Source: an uncultured Methanomicrobiales archaeon
GTDB lineage: Archaea > Halobacteriota > Methanomicrobia > Methanomicrobiales > JACTUA01
Assembly (NCBI GenBank): GCA_964551875.1
Contig: CAZKEV010000004.1
Coordinates: 3,398-67,397, forward strand
Reading direction: 5' to 3'
DNA length: 64,000 bases
Below are positions 56,283 to 64,000 of the stretch, piece after piece. The notes under the pieces were generated by a model. That model did not search any database. It saw only the letters and a list, made by a program, of their open reading frames with translations, and was not told where the DNA came from. Position 1 is the stretch's first letter. Each line of letters opens with the position of its first letter. The position numbers were made by a program, and so were the translations under genes.

Positions 56283-58006
56283 CGGACCACCAGGAGCACG
56301 TCGCCGCTCGCGACCACGTCCCCGGTATCCACGAAGATCTCAATCACCTTCCCGTCCCTCGGGCTCGCGATGGGGTTCTCCATCTTCATGGCCTCGAGGA
56401 CCATGAGGGGATCGCCCTTCTTCACCGCCTCGCCGACCCGGACGAGGACCTTCAGGACCATCCCCTGCATGTTGGACCGGATCCCTCCCTCGATCTCGCC
56501 CTTGGGGGCCTTCTGGGCGGCGGCCGCCTGGGTGACGACAGCTGAGCCCGCGACCGAGATGATCCGGACCGAGTAGACCTCCCCGTCCACCTCCACCTCC
56601 ATCGCGGACGGCATCTCGGGCGAGGGCCCGGCCACGGAGGACTGCTTCTGGGGGAGCGCTTCCTGCTTCTTCTCCCCCTTGAGGAACGCCGGGGCGACGG
56701 CCGGGTAGAGGATATAGGTGAGGACGTCCTCCTCCTTCTTCACGAGGCCAGCTGCCGTTGCCTCCTTCTTCATCTGCTCGTAGATAGGCTCGAGGAGATC
56801 GGCCGGCCGGACCGTCACCACCTCTTCGTCCCCGATGATCCTCCTCCGGATCTCCTCGTTGACGGGGCCCGGGGGTTTCCCGTAGAGCCCGCGGAGGTAG
56901 TCCTTCACCTCCTTCGTGACATTCGTGTACCGCTCGCCGCCGATGAGGACGTTGAAGACCGCCTGGGACCCGACGATCTGGGATGTCGGGGTGACGAGGG
57001 GCGGGTAGCCGAGGTCCTCCCTCACGAGGGGAATCTCCCTGAGCACGTCGTCCATCCGGTTCAGGGCATCCTGCTCCTTCAGCTGAGAGACCAGGTTCGA
57101 GATCATCCCGCCCGGGAGCTGGTAGAGGAGGACATCGCTGTCCACCCGCTCGGAGATAGGGTCAAGGATCCCGAGGTACTTCTCCCGGATCGTGAGGCAG
57201 ATGTTCCTCACCTCCCGGAGGGTCCTGAGATCGATCCCCGTGTCCCGGTCCGTGCCCTGCACCGAGGCCACCACGCTCTCGGTGGGCGGCTGGCTCGTGC
57301 CCAGTGCGAATGGGGACATGGCCGTGTCCAGGATGTCCACCCCGGCCTCGATGGCTGCCTGGTACGACATGGGGGCGATGCCTGCCGTGGAGTGGGAGTG
57401 GAGGTCCACGGGGAGCTTCGTCACCTTCTTGATACCGGTGATGAGTTCCCGGGCAGGCTCAGGCTTAATCAGCCCTGCCATGTCCTTGATGCAGATGGAG
57501 TCGCAGTCCATCCCATGGAGCTCCTCTGCCATCCCGATGAACCCCTTTATCGAGTGGACAGGGCTCGTGGTATAGCAGATGGCACCCTGGAGGTGGGCAC
57601 CGGTCTTCTTCACCTCCACCATGGCCTTCTTCATGTTCCGGAGGTCGTTTAACGCGTCAAAGACCCGGAAGATATCCACGCCCCGCCGGTGGGCAGCAGC
57701 CACGAACCTCTCCACCACGTCGTCAGGGTAGTGGCGGTAGCCTACCAGGTTCTGGCCCCGGAGGAGCATCTGGATGGGGGTCTTCGGGAGGGCCTCGGAA
57801 AAGGCCGAGAGCCGGTCCCAGGGATCGTCGTTGCAGAACCGGATGGCAGTGTCAAAGGTCGCCCCTCCCCATGCCTCCACCGAGAAGAACCCGGCCTTCT
57901 CGAGAGCCCGGGCGAGCGGGAGGCTGTCCTCGGTCCGAAGGCGCGTTGCGATGAGGGACTGGTGGGCGTCCCGCAGCGTGGTATCCGTGATGTGCACTCG
58001 GTGCAT
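56279..58006 (-). CDS. pycB: pyruvate carboxylase subunit B (carboxyltransferase + biotinyl domain)
   Basis: ITDTTLRDAHQSL HMGL-like N-terminus and C-terminal biotinylation motif EAMKMEN. Confidence 0.9.
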
Positions 58007-58096
58007 ACTCCCCCTCCCCGGGAGCCTGAATCGCCGGGCGGGCTGGAAGGCCCAAACCTTTGAAAAATGGATGGTGCAAGTATAAAAATTATCACT

Positions 58097-58726
58097 TCAG
58101 GGCAGGAGGGCGAAGAGAGCGATTCCCACGGCGCAGGCAGCCTTCGCCCCGTCCCACGGCCCGCGGGCGAACCGGGGGCAGAGGCTTCCGCCCTCCCGGT
58201 ATCCCCGCACCGCGAGGATATCCCCGAAGTCCCGGGACCGGTCCAGCTCCCTCCTCACCAGGAGCCCGAGGGCCGGGACAAGGGATCTCAGGGTGATCCT
58301 CCCCCCGGTCTTGAGCCGCAGGGCAAGCCGGAGCATGGCCAGGTCACGGTCAAGGTCCCCCAGGGACTGGACCGCCATCTCGGCGATGAGCCCCAGCTCG
58401 AACCCGGTCCGGTTCCCGAGGGCCCAGGTCCCCATGTCAAGGAGCTCCCCGCCCCTTCGCTCGCCGTATGCCCAGGACGCGATGAGGAGAACAACCGAGA
58501 TCCGGAAGAAGTAGGAGAAGCCATTCCCGCCTGAGAGGGCGACCAGGGCGGAGGTTGCACACACGAGGATGAAGAGCCCGAGGACGGACCGCCACCGGTG
58601 GAAGGGGAGCCGGCGGGGCGTGGCAAGGAGCCACCAGGCGAGGGCGAGGAGGGCTCCCCAGGCGCTCGCAAAGGCCGCGAGGGAGAGGGCCACGGTAGAA
58701 AGGAGGGTCAGCCTCTGGTCCTGCAC
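58097..58726 (-). CDS. ECF transporter transmembrane component (EcfT/CbiQ/BioN-like)
   Basis: Hydrophobic 209-aa protein immediately downstream of two ECF-type ATPases and BioY. Confidence 0.65.
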   Translation of the reverse strand: MQDQRLTLLSTVALSLAAFASAWGALLALAWWLLATPRRLPFHRWRSVLGLFILVCATSALVALSGGNGFSYFFRISVVLLIASWAYGERRGGELLDMGTWALGNRTGFELGLIAEMAVQSLGDLDRDLAMLRLALRLKTGGRITLRSLVPALGLLVRRELDRSRDFGDILAVRGYREGGSLCPRFARGPWDGAKAACAVGIALFALLP

Positions 58727-59415
58727 ACCGCATCCCTCACGTCTTTCCGGGTGATGTTTTCGGGGAGTGCCCCCGCGTCAAGGGCAGCACGGATGTACCG
58801 CGGCGGCCGTGACCACCGCGGGATGGCCTCCGGCACCCTTCCCAGGGAGGCAAGCCGTCCGGCCTGGATCTCCCAGATCTCGTCCACCCGGGGGAGGATC
58901 TCGTCCTCGTGGGTGAGGAGGATGGTGATCCCCTTTCGCCGTTCACCAAGGTTCCTCGCGAATGCCTCTTTCCAGGCGCAGTCAAGGGAGCTGCAGGGCT
59001 CGTCGAGGATGAGGAGGTCCCACTCCCTGGCGAGGATGCACGAGAGCACCAGGCGCTTCAGCTCGCCCTGGCTGCACCGGAAGGGATCCTCGGCACCCCT
59101 GCCTGAGAGCCCCGCGGCTTCGAGGACCGGTGCAGGTAGGAGCCCCCAGGAGGCCACCTCCCTCTCCAGCGTCTCGCCCGTCACATGGTACTCGGGGAAA
59201 GGAAGGGCGAGGGTCCGAGACCCGATCCCATCCTCGACGATCTGCCGGGCCAGGGGCCGGAGCGCCCCCGCGAGGGCGAGGGCAAGGGTTGACTTCCCGC
59301 TTCCGACAGGGCCCGTGACCAGGTGGACCCCTTCGGAGAAGGTACCCGAGGCCGTGAGCTGGAAGGAGCCTCGCCGGAGAATCACATCATCCAGAGAGAC
59401 CCTCATCGGCACCAC
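58708..59415 (-). CDS. ECF transporter ATPase component (EcfA'/BioM-like)
   Basis: Walker A GPVGSGKST, signature CSQGELKR, Walker B LLILDEP. Confidence 0.8.
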   Translation of the reverse strand: MVPMRVSLDDVILRRGSFQLTASGTFSEGVHLVTGPVGSGKSTLALALAGALRPLARQIVEDGIGSRTLALPFPEYHVTGETLEREVASWGLLPAPVLEAAGLSGRGAEDPFRCSQGELKRLVLSCILAREWDLLILDEPCSSLDCAWKEAFARNLGERRKGITILLTHEDEILPRVDEIWEIQAGRLASLGRVPEAIPRWSRPPRYIRAALDAGALPENITRKDVRDAVCRTRG

Positions 59416-60071
59416 ATCGAAGGCGGGGAGAAAGGGGTACCGGAGAGCGCCGTAAAGACCGCGGACGGGCTCCCGGAGTGAAGGACCCGGCCCCTCTCCA
59501 TGAAGAGGATGTGATCCGACCGGGCCGCGAGTTCCATCCGCTGGGTGGCCTGGAGGACATGGGGACAGGATATGCGCCTGATAATACCTTCCACCGCCCC
59601 GGCGCTCTCCTGGTCCAGGTTCGAGTCGGTCTCGTCCAGGACAAGGATATCCGGCCGTGCAGCGAGGGCAGCCCCCAGGGCGACCATGGCCTTCTCGCCA
59701 GCCGAGAGACCCCTTGTCTCCCTTTCAAGGAGTCCCCCGATCCCGAGCTCCCGGGCGACAGCCTTCACCCGTTCATCCACGAGAGGGCATGGGTCGTGCC
59801 GGAACCTGAGCGGGGAAGCGATCTCGTCGGAGACCCGGTGGAAGATGATCTCCCGTTCAGGCTGCTCGCCCACCCACCCCACCTCCCTCGACCGTGGCAC
59901 TTGTCCGTCAATGAGGATCTCCCCCTTCACGGGAAGATCGATCCCTGCCATGAGCCGGAGAAGGGTCGTCTTCCCGCCGCCGTTCGGCCCGATGACCGCC
60001 ACCCTGCCGGCAGGGATAAGAAGATCCGGGATCTCCAGGACCCGGTGGAAGAGCCCGGTGATGGTGATCAC
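59403..60071 (-). CDS. ECF transporter ATPase component (EcfA/BioM-like)
   Basis: Walker A GPNGGGKTT, signature LSAGEKA, Walker B ILVLDET. Confidence 0.8.
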   Translation of the reverse strand: MITITGLFHRVLEIPDLLIPAGRVAVIGPNGGGKTTLLRLMAGIDLPVKGEILIDGQVPRSREVGWVGEQPEREIIFHRVSDEIASPLRFRHDPCPLVDERVKAVARELGIGGLLERETRGLSAGEKAMVALGAALAARPDILVLDETDSNLDQESAGAVEGIIRRISCPHVLQATQRMELAARSDHILFMERGRVLHSGSPSAVFTALSGTPFSPPSMWCR

Positions 60072-60577
60072 GGGAGCCGCTCCCCCAGGAGAAACACCCC
60101 GGCTCCCTTGAGGATATCGCCCGGGAGGAACGGGAGGATCCCGATAAGAACAGCAGCCGGGAGAGAGATACCCGCCGAGAGGATGAGCCAGGCGACGCCG
60201 CAGGCATAAATGATACCGGTACCTGCGGCCAGCCCTGCAATCCGGAGGACCCGGGATCTCTTCTCGTATGCGAGCCCCGCAACCGCGGCCGCAGGAATGA
60301 AGCCGGCGAGGAACCCGCCGGAGGGGCCGAGGAGGACCCCAATCCCGGAGAGGCCCAAGTGAAAAACGGGGAGGTTCACGGCCCCCAGGAGAAGGTAGAG
60401 GGCTGCAGGGATGACTGCACGGCGCTTCATGACCGGGGCTGCAAGGAGGAGGAAGAAGGTCTGGAGGGTGACAGGGACCAGTCCAACGGGGAGGGCCGCC
60501 CAGGCACCCGCAGCGAGGAGGGCGATGAAGGTGGCGGACTGGGCAAGGAGAGCGGTGCGCTCCGGGTTACCGTGCAT
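60068..60577 (-). CDS. bioY: biotin transporter S-component BioY
   Basis: PVTLQTFFLLL, GPSGGFLAGF, LPFLPGDILK motifs. Confidence 0.85.
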   Translation of the reverse strand: MHGNPERTALLAQSATFIALLAAGAWAALPVGLVPVTLQTFFLLLAAPVMKRRAVIPAALYLLLGAVNLPVFHLGLSGIGVLLGPSGGFLAGFIPAAAVAGLAYEKRSRVLRIAGLAAGTGIIYACGVAWLILSAGISLPAAVLIGILPFLPGDILKGAGVFLLGERLP

Positions 60578-60583
60578 GGGAGG

Positions 60584-61582
60584 CTAGATGTGGCGGCAGT
60601 CCCCGGCGATGACCCGCTCCACGGCCCCGGTATCCTTCCGGACGAGGAGGGCCCCGAACTCGTCGATATCCACCGCCTCCCCCTCGAAGGTCTTTGCAAG
60701 GGTGGTGATCCTGACCCGGTGGCCCAGGGTGAGGGAGAGACTCCGCCACTCCCGGACGATGGCCTCGTACTCCCCGGCCTCGAGGAGCTCGTAGTGCCGC
60801 TCGAACTCCTTTAAGACCGTGGCCAGGAAGGCGGGACGGTCCACGTCCCGCCCGAGCTCTGCAGAGAGGGAGGTGACGGCTGCCCGGATCTCGGGGGGGA
60901 GGCGGCCGACATGGATGTTTGCGTCGATCCCGAGCCCGAGGAGGGTGTAGTTGACGACGGCATTCTCAGCGGAGAGCTCGAGGAGCAGGCCGGCCACCTT
61001 CTTATCCCCGATGAAGATGTCGTTCGGCCACTTGATCAGGGCCCCGAGATCGAACTCCTTTCTGATGGCCCGGGCCACCGCGAGGGCGGCGGCCATGGTC
61101 ACCATGAAGACCCGATCGATGGGTATCTTCGGTTTCAGGATGATGGTGGTCCAGATCCCCCCGGGAGGGGAGGCCCATGCCCGCCCGAGCCTCCCCTGCC
61201 CCCCGGTCTGCTCCTCGGCGATCACCATCATCCCGTCGAGCCTTTGCGGATCCTGCTGGCCAGCGAGGTCCCGTGCGATCCATGTGGTGGATTCTGTCGT
61301 TTCCAGGTACTTCATCCGCCGGCCGATGACCCTCGTCCCGAGGTGCTTCTGGATCTCGTAGGGGAGGAGGCGGCCCGACCTCTTTGTGAGATGGTACAGG
61401 TCCCTCCTGGGCTCCGTGATGGCGTAGCCCAGGGCCCGGAGCCGGTCCACCGCCTCGGTGACCCGGGACCGGGGGATCCCGAGGGATGCGGTGATGGTAT
61501 CGGCCGGGGCGCTCCCCCCGCCCTCGTCCAGGACCCTGAGCACCTCGAAAGCCGGATCGTCCATGGAGTTACCTCTTTGCAC
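60584..61582 (-). CDS. birA: biotin--[acetyl-CoA-carboxylase] ligase / repressor BirA
   Basis: N-terminal wHTH and GGQGRLGRAWASPPGG (GRGRxGRxW-type motif). The start may be MDDPAF at 61564. Confidence 0.85.
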   Translation of the reverse strand: MQRGNSMDDPAFEVLRVLDEGGGSAPADTITASLGIPRSRVTEAVDRLRALGYAITEPRRDLYHLTKRSGRLLPYEIQKHLGTRVIGRRMKYLETTESTTWIARDLAGQQDPQRLDGMMVIAEEQTGGQGRLGRAWASPPGGIWTTIILKPKIPIDRVFMVTMAAALAVARAIRKEFDLGALIKWPNDIFIGDKKVAGLLLELSAENAVVNYTLLGLGIDANIHVGRLPPEIRAAVTSLSAELGRDVDRPAFLATVLKEFERHYELLEAGEYEAIVREWRSLSLTLGHRVRITTLAKTFEGEAVDIDEFGALLVRKDTGAVERVIAGDCRHI

Positions 61583-61991
61583 CGACCTGCTCTGAAGGGA
61601 GAGGGCAGGGGTCCTTCCCGCAGACCTGCTTCATGATGGCGCTCTGGTGCTCCATGAGTGTTGCAAGGTCGAAGATGCCCGTGATGTCGACCACGCCGAT
61701 GGCCCCGATGGCCTCACCCCGGTCGTTCCTCACGGGTGAGACGACCACCGGCACCCCCTTGTATGCCCCGGACCCGGGGGTCTTCCTGAAGAGCCGGTTC
61801 TTCGCGATGGCCTCCTCAAGGGTGGGGCCGGTGAACGCCATGTCCACGACCTTCCCTTCCTCGATCCTTATCCCCGGGTGATCCCGGGAGCGGGCGGTGA
61901 CCGGGAGCCGGTTGAGGATCTCGTGGAGGGCGAGGAGAAGGGGCTTCCAGTCCTCTGACGTGGAACCTGCCGAGATGACGGGGTCTCTCAT
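61569..61991 (-). CDS. conserved methanogen hypothetical protein (possibly DUF2111-type)
   Basis: Only the C-terminal 140 codons of track ORF 61569..62543 look protein-like (MRDPVISAGSTSEDWKPLLLALHEIL...). The upstream part is Ser/Pro/Gly low-complexity. Confidence 0.5.
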   Translation of the reverse strand: MRDPVISAGSTSEDWKPLLLALHEILNRLPVTARSRDHPGIRIEEGKVVDMAFTGPTLEEAIAKNRLFRKTPGSGAYKGVPVVVSPVRNDRGEAIGAIGVVDITGIFDLATLMEHQSAIMKQVCGKDPCPLPSEQVGAKR

Positions 61992-62022
61992 GGAACCATC
62001 CTCACACACTCTCTCCCATCCC

Positions 62023-62601
62023 CTACAATAAGGCTTCCTCATCGCCGCAGGAGAAGGAGGCGAGGAAGCCTCTAGAGGGGTACTCGTGGATGGTCGCGGC
62101 AAGGACGAGGCCCCTCCCCACCGCCTTCTCCACGACCACGGCCTCGCCCCCTTCGGCAGTGGCAACCGTCGTTCCGTCGTGCTCGGGAAATGTCCCGTCG
62201 CACTCGATGGCCAGGGGATCGTACCCTTCGATGAGGCTCGCCCAGGGGCTGCCTGGGGCGAACGTGATGCGCCGAGGAGCGTAGTTGTGCCGGTAAGTGA
62301 GGCCGAAGGGCAGCCAGTCATAGGCCCCCGGCCGCCCGTCCGCCGCCCCGAAGACCAGGATCCTGCCGCCCCCCTCGAGGAACCGCTCGATCCGGTCGGA
62401 GGAGGCCCGGAGGGCCGGAAGGAGCCGGGAGTAGAGGGGGTTCCCGAACCCGGTAGGGATGACGAGGGCGGTGAACCTGCCCCGGTAGAAAGGAGAGGCG
62501 AGGAGCTGGGGAGTGACGAGCTCGCAGCAGCCGGTGCATTCATCGATGAGCCGCGTGAAGATCTGGGGCGAGTCCCAGAGGAAGCCCGTCCTGGAGATCA
62601 C
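62023..62601 (-). CDS. hypothetical protein downstream of rtcB
   Basis: GTG start overlaps the rtcB stop (GTGA). VISRTGFLWDSPQIFTRLIDECTG.... No motif recognised. Confidence 0.45.
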   Translation of the reverse strand: MISRTGFLWDSPQIFTRLIDECTGCCELVTPQLLASPFYRGRFTALVIPTGFGNPLYSRLLPALRASSDRIERFLEGGGRILVFGAADGRPGAYDWLPFGLTYRHNYAPRRITFAPGSPWASLIEGYDPLAIECDGTFPEHDGTTVATAEGGEAVVVEKAVGRGLVLAATIHEYPSRGFLASFSCGDEEALL

Positions 62602-64000
62602 CCCTTGATCACCCCGAGGGGGACGAGCTTTGCCACGAGCCGGGAGATGCCGAGGGCATCCACCACCCGCACCACCTCCTCGGAGGGCTTGTAGACCTGC
62701 GGTGCTTCCTCGGCGATGGAGGCCTCGGACGGGGCGCGGACGATGATCCCCTCGCGGGCGAGCTGGTCCCGGATGTCCTTCCCCCGCACGTCCTTCTTCG
62801 CCTGGGTCCGGGAGGTCACCCGGCCGGCGCCGTGGCAGGTGGACCCGAAGGTCTTCTCCATGGCAACCGCAGTGCCGCAGAGGAGGAACGAGGGGGTTCC
62901 CATCGAGCCCGGGATGATGACCGGCTGGCCGGTCTCCGCGAACTCTGATGGGAGATCCGGGGAGCCGGGCCCGAAGGCCCGGGTCGCCCCCTTCCGGTGG
63001 ACGCAGACCTGCATCTCCTTCCCGTCTACGGTATGGACCTCCATCTTTGCCACGTTGTGGGCAACATCGTAGACGAGGGGCATCTCTTCGTACGCGATCC
63101 CGTAGAGCTTCGCGAGGACCTTGCGCGTCGTATCGGTGATCATCTGCCGGTTCGCCCACGCGTAGTTGGCCGCAGCCGCCATGCCGCCGAAGTATGCCTT
63201 CCCTTCCGGGGAGGTGACGGGAGCGCAGGCGAGCTGCCGGTCCGGAAGCTGGATCCCGTACTTCTTCGTGGCTGATTCCAGGACCCTGAGGTGGTCGGTG
63301 CAGACTTGGTGGCCGAGTCCCCGGGAGCCGCAGTGGATCATGACGGCGATCTGCCCCAGTGAAATGCCGAAGATCGAGGCTGCCTTCGGGTCGTAAATCT
63401 CCTTCACCTCCTGGATCTCCAGGAAGTGATTCCCGGACCCGAGCGTCCCTGACTGGGGGAACCCCCGCTGCCGGGCCTTCTGGCTCACCCCGGCGGTATC
63501 CGCCCCCTTCATGGCCCCCTGCTCCTCGCACCTCGCGATATCCCCGGGAATGCCATACCCGTGCTCCACCGCCCACCGTGAGCCGGCGAGCATCATCTCC
63601 TCGAGCTCCCGGCCCGAGAGCCGGAGGTCCGCCTTTGCCCCGACACCGGTCGGGACGGCCTGGTAGAGCCGCTCCACGAGCTCCCGCCGGTTCTTCAGGT
63701 CCTGGACGGTGAGGGGGGTCGAGAGGAGCCGCACGCCGCAGTTGATGTCAAAGCCGACCCCGCCGGGTGAGATGACCCCGGTGGAGATCTCGAAGGCCGC
63801 CACGCCCCCGATGGGGAAGCCGTAGCCCCAGTGGATATCGGGCATGGCGAGGGCGTACTTCACGATGCCCGGCATGGTCGCGACGTTCGCGAGCTGCTGG
63901 ATGGCCCCCGGTTCCAGGCTCTTCCTGAGCAATTCAGAGAGGAAGAACCGGCCCGGGACCCGCATCCCGGGGGTGAAACCGACCGGGACCTCCCACTCGA
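62598..64000 (-). CDS. rtcB: RNA-splicing ligase RtcB (5' end outside window)
   Basis: MPDIHWGYGFPIGG, GGVGFDINCGVR, HCGSRGLGHQV, VHRKGA, CHGAGR. The frame stays open upstream of Met 63965 to the window edge (..EWEVPVGFTPGMRVPGR). Confidence 0.9.
   Translation of the reverse strand, partial: EWEVPVGFTPGMRVPGRFFLSELLRKSLEPGAIQQLANVATMPGIVKYALAMPDIHWGYGFPIGGVAAFEISTGVISPGGVGFDINCGVRLLSTPLTVQDLKNRRELVERLYQAVPTGVGAKADLRLSGRELEEMMLAGSRWAVEHGYGIPGDIARCEEQGAMKGADTAGVSQKARQRGFPQSGTLGSGNHFLEIQEVKEIYDPKAASIFGISLGQIAVMIHCGSRGLGHQVCTDHLRVLESATKKYGIQLPDRQLACAPVTSPEGKAYFGGMAAAANYAWANRQMITDTTRKVLAKLYGIAYEEMPLVYDVAHNVAKMEVHTVDGKEMQVCVHRKGATRAFGPGSPDLPSEFAETGQPVIIPGSMGTPSFLLCGTAVAMEKTFGSTCHGAGRVTSRTQAKKDVRGKDIRDQLAREGIIVRAPSEASIAEEAPQVYKPSEEVVRVVDALGISRLVAKLVPLGVIKG

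Noticed and set aside
61992-63576. Long N-terminal extensions of track ORFs 61569..62543 and 62023..63576
   Set aside because: The upstream parts are Ser/Pro/Gly/Arg low-complexity and overlap rtcB and each other out of frame. I trimmed them to 61569..61991 and 62023..62601, where the sequence becomes protein-like and start codons couple to upstream stops.

Overview
High-GC (about 60-70% in hand-counted lines) archaeal chromosome segment. A methanogen of the Methanomicrobia type is inferred from split pyruvate carboxylase pycA/pycB, RtcB, an intron-containing tRNA, leaderless-looking TATA promoters and a methanogen-type conserved hypothetical.

Core genes:
- Left end, 1-11 kb: agmatine deiminase, P5C/aldehyde dehydrogenase, SDR, CDGSH Fe-S protein, RNase J-like MBL hydrolase, ICMT-type methyltransferase, C69 dipeptidase.
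- Right end, 40-64 kb: P-type ATPase, tRNA-Met(CAU), CNNM/DUF21 transporter, pycA-pycB, EcfT-EcfA-EcfA'-BioY-BirA, RtcB.

Accessory tract, about 11-39 kb:
1. A relBE pair abuts a HAD hydrolase gene. The 3' end of that gene recurs twice downstream and brackets two small islands. One carries secreted proteins. The other carries MNT/HEPN plus Fic.
2. A visibly low-GC 12-kb island carries a complete six-gene type 3 BREX operon (brxF-brxC-pglXI-brxHII-pglZ-brxA).
3. The 3' end of queC recurs three more times downstream. Each copy is separated by a 1.1-1.3 kb cassette carrying a nucleotidyltransferase/HEPN toxin-antitoxin module.
4. Next come orphan nucleotidyltransferases, a HicB-like gene and a wHTH / Panacea-like / MazF three-gene module.

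Two further insertions lie at 44.9-48.6 kb and 50.1-54.8 kb. Each is flanked by a duplicated host gene end. They carry paralogous large secreted proteins with a clan-CD-like His/Cys dyad.

I found no CRISPR array, rRNA, integrase or transposase. The most notable signals are the archaeal type 3 BREX and the recurrent gene-end-duplicating cassette arrays loaded with defence/TA cargo. All functional calls come from motifs read by eye. No database search was run.
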